NCBI GenBank assembly: GCA_040755755.1
Contig: JBFLZW010000002.1
Location: forward strand, 66,397 to 130,396
DNA: 64,000 bases
Origin: a bacterium
GTDB lineage: Bacteria; SZUA-182; DTGQ01
Reading direction: 5' to 3'
Part shown: positions 56,811-64,000 of the stretch, piece by piece
Layout: each line of letters begins with the position of its first letter
Numbering within the stretch: position 1 is the stretch's first letter
The notes under the pieces: generated by a model
What the model saw: the letters and a program-made list of their open reading frames with translations, nothing else
Database searches by the model: none
What the model was told of the DNA's origin: nothing
Position numbers and translations under genes: made by a program

Positions 56811-58019
56811 TTACTCATATCGTAAAGCCTCGATCGGGTCCTGTTTGGCGGCCCGCATAGCCGGATAAAAGCCGAAAAAAGTTCCGACGGCTGCGGAAAA
56901 GGAAAAAGCGATTATTACATAGACCGGCTGGATAAAGGTAGAAAAGGAAAAAAGAGCATCGATCAGATAGCAGGCCCCGGTGCCAAGTGCGATGCCGATT
57001 CCTCCACCGATGAGGCTGATCAGGGTGGACTCGAAGAGAAACTGCCGCAGGATATCGCGGTTGCGGGCCCCCAGTGCCTTGCGGATGCCGATTTCCCGTG
57101 TTCTTTCGGTCACCGTGACCAGCATGATGTTCATGATCCCGATTCCTCCTACCAGCAGGGAGATGCTGGCAATCCCGCCAAGCAAAAGGGTCAGGGCCAT
57201 GGTGATGGAGTTGAGCGTGTCCAGAACCTCGGCCTGGCTCTGCAGGGTGAAGTCGAGGGGCATATCCGCCGGGATCCGGTGCTGATACCTCATCACGGCC
57301 GTGATTTTCTCCTTCGCTTTCTCAGGATCGACTCCCTTTTTGATCTGAAGATCGATGCCTCCCAGGTAATCAAGCCCGAAGAGCTGCTTCATGGCCGTAG
57401 TATAGGGAATGATGAGCTGATTGTCCGGATTGTACCATCCCTCGTCACCCTTAACGCTGAGAACTCCGATGATCTTGAAATTCAGGCCGTTCACCTTGAC
57501 TATCTTGCCGATGAGGTCGCGTTTTCCGAACAGGTCGTCGGCGGTCTGGGAGCCGATAACAGCTACTCTGGCCTGTTCTCTGGTTTCGGTTTCATCGAAA
57601 ATCCTCCCCTTCTGGAGGGTAAAGTTTCGGATCGGGAAATAGGTCACCGCCGCGCCGGTTATCGGCACGCGGGTGTTCTGGTTCAGGTATTTTACCTGAG
57701 CACTGCCCCGGAGTACGGGTGAAAGATGCAGAACATCAGGAACCTTGTGCAGTATGGCCTCAGCGTCTTCCAGCCTGAGCGTGTCGTAGGAGCTGTTCTG
57801 GACGCCGCGGCTCCCTTTTTGGCCGGGCCGCAGGATCATCAGATTGCTCCCCAGGGAGGAAACCTTCTGGGTAATCTGCCGCTTGGCCCCTTCTCCAAGG
57901 GCCAGCATGGCAATTACCGCCCCCACGCCGATGATGATGCCAAGGGTTGCCAGAAAAGAGCGCATCTTATTGGCCCACAGGCTTTTGATGGAAACCTTGA
58001 TCAGGGTCCACAGCAGCAT
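56811..58019 (-). CDS. ABC transporter permease (MacB/FtsX family)
   Basis: MacB periplasmic domain and FtsX C-terminal TM bundle. Start taken at [10 protein letters not shown] with RBS aggag. Confidence 0.85.
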   Translation of the reverse strand: MLLWTLIKVSIKSLWANKMRSFLATLGIIIGVGAVIAMLALGEGAKRQITQKVSSLGSNLMILRPGQKGSRGVQNSSYDTLRLEDAEAILHKVPDVLHLSPVLRGSAQVKYLNQNTRVPITGAAVTYFPIRNFTLQKGRIFDETETREQARVAVIGSQTADDLFGKRDLIGKIVKVNGLNFKIIGVLSVKGDEGWYNPDNQLIIPYTTAMKQLFGLDYLGGIDLQIKKGVDPEKAKEKITAVMRYQHRIPADMPLDFTLQSQAEVLDTLNSITMALTLLLGGIASISLLVGGIGIMNIMLVTVTERTREIGIRKALGARNRDILRQFLFESTLISLIGGGIGIALGTGACYLIDALFSFSTFIQPVYVIIAFSFSAAVGTFFGFYPAMRAAKQDPIEALRYE

Positions 58020-58032
58020 TCTTTGGTTCTCC

Positions 58033-58686
58033 TTACATGATCTGGCCATCGCGGATGCGGATCTGGCGCTGGCATTTTTGGGCAATTTCCTGTTCATGGG
58101 TGACAATGATAATTGTCCGCCCCTCCTTGTTGAGGTACTGCAAAACCGCCATGATCTCTTCACTGGACTTGCTGTCCAGATTACCCGTGGGCTCATCGGC
58201 CAGAATTATGGACGGATTGGTTACCAGAGCCCGGGCAATGGCCACCCGCTGCCGCTGTCCGCCGGAGAGCTGGTTCGGCTCATGGTGCATGCGGGAAGTC
58301 AGGCCGACCTGCTCAAGTGCCCTGGCAGCTTCCATCTTGGCCGCCGGATGTCCGGAATAGAGGAGCGGAAGCTCCACGTTTTCCAGGGCGCTCATGCGGG
58401 GAAGAAGATTAAAGGTTTGAAAAACAAAGCCTATTTCGCGGTTTCGGATTTTAGCCAGCTCATCCTTCCCAAACCTTGATACATCCTTGCCATTGAGAAA
58501 ATAGCGGCCGGAGTCAGGGTGGTCCAGGCAGCCGAGAATATGCATGAGCGTGGATTTCCCGCTCCCCGAAGCACCCACGATGGCCAGCATTTCGGATTTT
58601 TCCACCGTGAGAGAAACCCTGTTGAGGGCCAGGATTTCCTGCTCGCCCATCCGGTATTTTTTGGTAACTTCATCAACCACCAGCAT
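58033..58686 (-). CDS. ABC transporter ATP-binding protein (MacB/LolD-like)
   Basis: [29 protein letters not shown]. Confidence 0.9.
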   Translation of the reverse strand: MLVVDEVTKKYRMGEQEILALNRVSLTVEKSEMLAIVGASGSGKSTLMHILGCLDHPDSGRYFLNGKDVSRFGKDELAKIRNREIGFVFQTFNLLPRMSALENVELPLLYSGHPAAKMEAARALEQVGLTSRMHHEPNQLSGGQRQRVAIARALVTNPSIILADEPTGNLDSKSSEEIMAVLQYLNKEGRTIIIVTHEQEIAQKCQRQIRIRDGQIM

Positions 58687-58706
58687 GAAAGACCTCGCTT
58701 ACTATC

Positions 58707-60059
58707 CTACTCCCCCCCCGAACCTCTTCTCAGACCCAAAAGGGGCCTTTTTTCTTCCTGGTCCGCATCCTTTTGCCTTCCGGTATTTGACCATTTGCTG
58801 TGAACCTGCCCTGAAATCAGGCGGACTTCTTCCCCTTCCTCCAGGCCGCTGATTACTTCGGCTGTTCCGCCGTTGTCAAGCCCCAGGGTAAGGGACCGGG
58901 TTTCAATCCTTCCGTCAGGTAAAACTACCTGGACTTTCGGGCCTTCGGATGAAAACTCGACCGCATCGTCCGGAACCAGCACCACATTGGCTTTTTCTCG
59001 TGAAACAATCTGGACATTGGCCGTCATCTCCGGCTTCAGGAGGGATTTATTCTTTCCCAGAACCTCGATCTTGACGTCAAAGGTCACAACATTGCTGATA
59101 TTGACTCCCCGGGTGGCGATTTGAACCACCTGGCCGTCAAAGTGCACATCCGGGTAGGAATCCACGGTAATCTTTGCTTTCTGACGCAGTTTGACCTTGC
59201 CGATGTCACTCTCGTCAACCGAGGCTATGACAAAAATCCGGGAAAGGTCCGACAGGGTCAGAATCGTGGTCCCGCCGCCGATATTGTTGATTCCTGATGA
59301 GATGATCTGGCCGATCTGCACATTCCTGGCGGTCACGGTCCCGTTCACGGGCGAAAGTATCCGCGTATCCTGAAGACGCTGCCTGGCGATTTCAAGATCC
59401 ACCCTGGCGGCCCGGACCCGGCTCTCCTCGAGCTGGACAGCATGCCGCCTGAGCTCGATCTCCATTTCCTGGGTCTTGAATTCTTCCTGCTTGACCAGGG
59501 CTTTTTCGTGGGCGGCTTTGGCCCGCACGGCCTCGGCTTTGCGGGTATCCAGCTCCTCCTGGCTCGACAGTTTTTTCTGAAAAAGCTGCTCCTCCCGTTT
59601 GGCTTTGTTTTCCGCATCTTCCCAGGTAGCCCTGGCGGAGGATATCTCGGCCTGAATATTCAGTTTGGTGGTTACCAGTTGATTTTCGGCAATAGCCAGA
59701 TCCTGCCTGGCATTGTTGAGCTGGGAGGTGGCCGCTTCCAGGGCGGCCTGGGCTTTTTCCAGATTCCGCTGCTCATCCGTGGGATCCAGTTCCACCAGAA
59801 GATCAGAGGCACGGACGAAGTCGCTGACATCAAAGGGGAGCTTCTTCACCTCTCCACTGGCCTTTGATTTGATTTCCACATCCTGGTTGGAAACCACCTT
59901 CCCCGTGCAGGCAACGCTTACCTGAATGGCCCCCCGTTTGATTTGAGCTATGGCAAACTCTTTCTCCTTCTCTTCTCCCTGTGAGGACAGGGTTCTTAAC
60001 CGTATGATGACCACAGACACCAGGAGAACCAGGATAATAAGGATAATCCAGCGCTTCAT
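58707..60059 (-). CDS. Efflux periplasmic adaptor (MacA/HlyD family)
   Basis: TM anchor, long coiled coil, beta-barrel domain. Confidence 0.8.
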   Translation of the reverse strand: MKRWIILIILVLLVSVVIIRLRTLSSQGEEKEKEFAIAQIKRGAIQVSVACTGKVVSNQDVEIKSKASGEVKKLPFDVSDFVRASDLLVELDPTDEQRNLEKAQAALEAATSQLNNARQDLAIAENQLVTTKLNIQAEISSARATWEDAENKAKREEQLFQKKLSSQEELDTRKAEAVRAKAAHEKALVKQEEFKTQEMEIELRRHAVQLEESRVRAARVDLEIARQRLQDTRILSPVNGTVTARNVQIGQIISSGINNIGGGTTILTLSDLSRIFVIASVDESDIGKVKLRQKAKITVDSYPDVHFDGQVVQIATRGVNISNVVTFDVKIEVLGKNKSLLKPEMTANVQIVSREKANVVLVPDDAVEFSSEGPKVQVVLPDGRIETRSLTLGLDNGGTAEVISGLEEGEEVRLISGQVHSKWSNTGRQKDADQEEKRPLLGLRRGSGGE

Positions 60060-60126
60060 AGCTTGACCTCCCATACAGCCCAAAATTATTCAGGAAAGCA
60101 TCTTATTAGTGAGAAATCATGGCATT

Positions 60127-60783
60127 TTAAAAATCATCCCTGCTCATCCTGTCCCGCAGCTCATCAAGGTGGCAGGTATCGTTCAAGCCGGTCAGGATAA
60201 ATTTTCCTGATTGATAATCCAGCATGGACAGGGCCGCAGTGTCCTGCCTGATCTGCCAGAAATGCGAATTGTCCAGGCCGAGGACGGCGCAAAACAGCAT
60301 CTTGATGACGACCCTGTGGGAAACAAGGACAAGCGGGGCCTGGTTCTCTGTCTGGTCATGCTGGATAATCAGCCTGTCCAGGAAGGTTTCAACGCGCTGT
60401 CGAACCGAGGACAGGCTCTCGCCATCCGGAATATGAACCATATGCGGGGCCTCAAGCCACTCCTGATACAGGTCCGGATACTCCTGCTGGACTTGAATGT
60501 GCCCCTTCTTCTCCCATGATCCGTAATCGATGTCGATCAGCATATCCTCCTGCATGATCGGGGGAGATTCTGACTGTTCTCCCTGAACAGCCAGGGCCGT
60601 CTCGACAGCCCGCTTGAGGGGGCTGGTATAGATGCCCTGAATCGGCTGCCCGCGAAGCCTTCGTCCCAAAAGACTGACCTGCTGACGTCCGGTTTCACTG
60701 AGGCTGATATCTACCCGGCCTCGAAAAATCTTTTCTTTGTTCCAGGAGGTTTCTCCATGACGGATAACAAGGATTCTTAACAT
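60127..60783 (-). CDS. Histidine phosphatase family protein (PGM/CobC-like)
   Basis: RHGETSWN catalytic motif. Confidence 0.85.
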   Translation of the reverse strand: MLRILVIRHGETSWNKEKIFRGRVDISLSETGRQQVSLLGRRLRGQPIQGIYTSPLKRAVETALAVQGEQSESPPIMQEDMLIDIDYGSWEKKGHIQVQQEYPDLYQEWLEAPHMVHIPDGESLSSVRQRVETFLDRLIIQHDQTENQAPLVLVSHRVVIKMLFCAVLGLDNSHFWQIRQDTAALSMLDYQSGKFILTGLNDTCHLDELRDRMSRDDF

Positions 60784-60964
60784 TGCTGGTCACCTTTCTT
60801 CTCCAGAAAAGGTAATGTTACCTTTTCGGTTAAATGTGAATTTTATCGCCAGGGCGAGAATATATTTTTTCTCGTTCTCTATCAAGATATGGATTTCCGC
60901 TCCCTGCTTAACACTACACTACATCAAGACTTTTCTGTGGTGATAGAGGAATTGCCATAATACA

Positions 60965-61011
60965 TCACCCCCACCTCACCTCCCCCCTCAAGGGGGAGGT
61001 GAGGTGGGGGT
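60965..61011. repeat. GC-rich perfect palindrome, family E
   Basis: cacccccacctcacctcccccctcaagggggaggtgaggtgggggtg. Confidence 0.6.
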
Positions 61012-61347
61012 GAATAAAACCAACGGAGTCCTCTAACCAACTCCTCTTATGTGAGGGAAAAGGAAAAAGTCTCGTTGCAATACTAAAAGCTGCGGGGACA
61101 GGCTTCGCGGGAATGACGGCAGAAGCCTCTCTATTTTTTCATAAAAGTGTCCGGCAGTAAATAATTATAATAACCATATCACCAAAAATTACAACATATC
61201 AAATACTCTCCATGCGATTGCCCTGGATTGTGAGCTTGACACTGCTCTCTTTTTTTTATATCCTTGGAATAAAGGTTTTAGTCTCTAGCACGATAAGGCA
61301 AATAGCAGGGGGCCATGATTGTCCCTTGATGATAGGAGAATGGATGC

Positions 61348-61914
61348 ATGAAAACACGAGATACTGCTCTGCATCTGGATACCAAATTCACCTATGAGGA
61401 TTATCTTCATTTTCCGGAAGATAAAAGGTATGAGATTATCGATGGGGAGGTTAGTTTGGCACCATCACCAGATAGAATCCATCAGGATATATTAAGAGAT
61501 TTGGGGTTCATTCTCTGGGAATTTGTCAAAAAAAACGATCTTGGCCTGGTGTATTATGCCCCCTTTGATGTGGTCTTATCTGATACCGATATCGTTCAGC
61601 CCGATCTTATCTTCGTCTCCAAAGAGCGAAAGCTTATCCTGACGGAGAAAAATATCCAGGGTGCTCCGGATATTGTCGTTGAAATCCTCTCTCCCTCATC
61701 ACAACACAAGGATACAGTGATTAAAGCCAAGTTGTACAAGAAATTCGGGGTAAGGGAATACTGGCTTATCGATCCACAGGAAAAGCAAATCACCCTCCAT
61801 GACTTCAGCTCATCCCAAAGGAAGCCATCCACGGCCATCTATACCTTTGATGAGATTTTCGAATCACCTCTTTTGCCCGGGCTGAAAATAAGCCTGAAAG
61901 AGCTTTTCATATAG
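61348..61914 (+). CDS. Uma2-family endonuclease (DUF820)
   Basis: EIIDGEV...PDL.FV...PDIVVEILSPS motifs. Confidence 0.8.
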   Translation: MKTRDTALHLDTKFTYEDYLHFPEDKRYEIIDGEVSLAPSPDRIHQDILRDLGFILWEFVKKNDLGLVYYAPFDVVLSDTDIVQPDLIFVSKERKLILTEKNIQGAPDIVVEILSPSSQHKDTVIKAKLYKKFGVREYWLIDPQEKQITLHDFSSSQRKPSTAIYTFDEIFESPLLPGLKISLKELFI

Positions 61915-61999
61915 CTGTTAGCTGGTATCACCAACCTGTACTTGCCTGCGGCCCTGTCTCCCTCTCCCCTCTTTTGAGGCAATTTTATTCAGTTAAGGT

Positions 62000-62110
62000 C
62001 TCCCCCACCAGTAACGCCCCTCACCCCGACCCTCTCCCCAGAGGGGCGAGGGAGAAAAATGCTACCCTGCGAATAGCATTGCCCCTTAAAGGGGGAGAGG
62101 GGCGGGGAAT
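62000..62110. repeat. GC-rich nested inverted repeats (family-E-like)
   Basis: cccgaccctctcccc...ggggagaggggcgggg and ccccttaaaggggg. Confidence 0.35.
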
Positions 62111-62165
62111 AACCGGCCGCCTATTGATTGCGCAGCGTGCAAAGCCCTCACAAGGTATAAAGCCC

Positions 62166-63626
62166 TCAACAGAGCTGATAATCGTAGGAGGAAATGATTG
62201 TGCCTTCAAGGTCAGCAGGAGGCTCTACCCCCATGATATGGAGGATAGTGGGAGTTACTTCCAGGATGTCGAAATAGCCGGGGTTTTTCACTGGAGGACC
62301 CTGGTAATCCGGATCATGCAAAATGAATATTCCCTCCTGGGCATGATTGGCATCGTCCGGGCCGGTGTCGTTCTCGAAGGTATGAATGGCGGGAAGTCCC
62401 ACACTGCCCACCGATCGCCAGTCCAGGTTGCCAAAATAAACGATCAGGTCAGGGGCGATGCCGTTGACCTTCGGATAAATTTCCTGCGGCTTGAACACCC
62501 TGGTCCCGATGTCGTTTCCCTGTTCATCGGTCAGAGCTTCCAGCCTGGCTATAAGCTCATCCCGCACTTTCTCGTAATCCTGCGGCGGAATCACCCCTTC
62601 CGGCTCCCGTCCCTGGACGTTCAGAAAGAGGCGTCCATAATAGCCGCCTTCTCCCCAGCATTTGGTTTTGGACCAGTCAACCTTTGCCTGGTCGAAGCGA
62701 ATGACCGTGGACGGCTGCTCCTTGAGCGTAAGATATCCTTCCCGCTGGAGCCACTCGTTGATGGCGATTCCACCTTCCATCTTCTTTGCGCCATGATCCG
62801 AGACTATCATGACTGCGGTCTGATCGTCGAGGAAAGAGAGAAGCTCACCGATACGCTCATCGATATACTGGTAGTATTTCCTGATGGACTGCTCGAAGGG
62901 ATTTCCCGGTTCAAACTGGCGGTGCTGCGGATCGATGAATTTCCAGAATCCATGATGAATCCGGTCCACGCCCATTTCAACCATCATGAAAAAGTCCCAC
63001 TCCTTCTGCCTCAGAAGGTAGCGGGCAGCTTTGAACCGTTTTTCAGTCATCTCGTAAATCTGGTTGAGCAGTTTTTCTTTATCGTTGGTGCGAAAGTTTT
63101 CCACATCAATAATATAACCGCCGGTCACCAGCTCGATCTCGGTCTTCAGGGTCTTGGGATGGGTATACTGACAGCTAGTATCCGGAGTGAGAAAGCAGGA
63201 TACCATGCAGCCATTGATGGGGCGAATCGGATAGGTCTGAGGAATGCCGAGCAGAATGGATTTTTTGCCCGCCTCACCGAGCATGTCCCACAACGTAGGC
63301 TCCTTGACCGTGGTTGAATTGCACATGACCATTTTGGAATACGAGTAATCAGCCCGGTTGCGGAATCCGTAGAAGCCAAGAGTGCCGGGACACTTACTGG
63401 TCATCATGGACATCCATGCCGGGCAGGTTATGGCTGGAACGGTACTTCTCATGGGGCCATAAATTCCCTTGTCTATCAGGGCGCGGATATTGGGCAGGTC
63501 ATCCTTCCACTGGTCGAAAACCAGTTGCGGGGCAGCACAATCCAGTCCGATTACCACCACCTTTTTCCCCTGGCGGGCAGGGTGGGCATGGCGGGCCGGG
63601 TGAGCCGGGTGAGATTGATAAGGCAT
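62166..63626 (-). CDS. Alkaline-phosphatase superfamily protein (type I phosphodiesterase / nucleotide pyrophosphatase family)
   Basis: VVIGLDCAAP...TCPAWMSMMT metal-site region and SDHG motif. His-rich N-terminus. Confidence 0.7.
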   Translation of the reverse strand: MPYQSHPAHPARHAHPARQGKKVVVIGLDCAAPQLVFDQWKDDLPNIRALIDKGIYGPMRSTVPAITCPAWMSMMTSKCPGTLGFYGFRNRADYSYSKMVMCNSTTVKEPTLWDMLGEAGKKSILLGIPQTYPIRPINGCMVSCFLTPDTSCQYTHPKTLKTEIELVTGGYIIDVENFRTNDKEKLLNQIYEMTEKRFKAARYLLRQKEWDFFMMVEMGVDRIHHGFWKFIDPQHRQFEPGNPFEQSIRKYYQYIDERIGELLSFLDDQTAVMIVSDHGAKKMEGGIAINEWLQREGYLTLKEQPSTVIRFDQAKVDWSKTKCWGEGGYYGRLFLNVQGREPEGVIPPQDYEKVRDELIARLEALTDEQGNDIGTRVFKPQEIYPKVNGIAPDLIVYFGNLDWRSVGSVGLPAIHTFENDTGPDDANHAQEGIFILHDPDYQGPPVKNPGYFDILEVTPTILHIMGVEPPADLEGTIISSYDYQLC

Positions 63627-64000
63627 TGCTTGTCTCCTTGTTATGATGGGATTAAAAGAATAATGGCACTTCAGGATTGACTATAACATAGTAATGATAT
63701 CGGCATCAATGACCGGGAGGGGGGACCCCAGCAATTCTAATTATGGAAATTGCATATTTTCAAAAGTATAGTTTACTTAAGCATGGAGGGCTAGCTACCT
63801 GTCAGTTTTATAGGGAATAAAAAATCTCCTCTTTCAGAGGTAAAATGGAGTAGTAACCACTAAAAGAGGAGATGATATGACTATTACTTCTGCAAACAAA
63901 GCTCTTAAAAATCTTTTACTATGCATGGTAGTCTCCCAATCGAGTGAAAACTGGGTCATGCCTTGAATTATGAGCTTGGGAGATACATTCACGATTCAAG

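Overview
This is a 64-kb chromosomal window of roughly 50-52% GC, probably from an anaerobic, deltaproteobacterium-like genome. The family mix (selenocysteine machinery, BadF/HgdC-type activase, a PEP-CTERM-type EPS export locus, TonB/TPR proteins) points that way, but this is only an impression. Coding is dense on both strands.

Conserved core genes: pstSCAB plus a LysR regulator; rpsO-pnp followed by an M16 peptidase; dut, efp, queD, ispG and tsaE; exbB-exbD-tonB followed by two large TPR proteins; a macA-macB-permease-tolC efflux operon.

Selenium-related genes: selB sits next to a 91-nt tRNA-Sec(UCA). A separate minus-strand cluster runs DUF3343 (Se/S carrier-like), a 2-hydroxyacyl-CoA-dehydratase-like protein, its activase, a YedF-like TusA-DsrE fusion and a cysteine desulfurase.

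Other identifiable genes: a Wza / chain-length-determinant / ExeA-AAA+::BY-kinase EPS locus; HepT/MntA and NTase/HEPN toxin-antitoxin pairs (one HEPN gene frameshifted); a Uma2 endonuclease; a NUDIX hydrolase; an AIM24-family protein.

Observations that merit a second look:
- A two-gene AAA_21-type ATPase plus DUF4276 (Toprim-like) module that looks like an uncharacterised defence system.
- An 847-aa fusion of a cNMP-binding domain, a sigma54-type AAA+ domain with a degenerate GAFTGA motif, and a NapH-like membrane polyferredoxin. It is preceded by an AT-rich island carrying a split, order-reversed HipA-like kinase pair.
- A single ORF fusing full-length DnaJ to an HtrA protease through a hydrophobic segment.
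- A strongly supported fluoride riboswitch with promoter and terminator but no fluoride-resistance gene downstream.
- A secreted Tyr/Thr/Pro-repeat protein.
- Several dispersed repeat families: heptamer-based elements embedded in the 3' ends of genes, a 76-bp palindromic element, and two ~270-bp MITE copies with target-site duplications.
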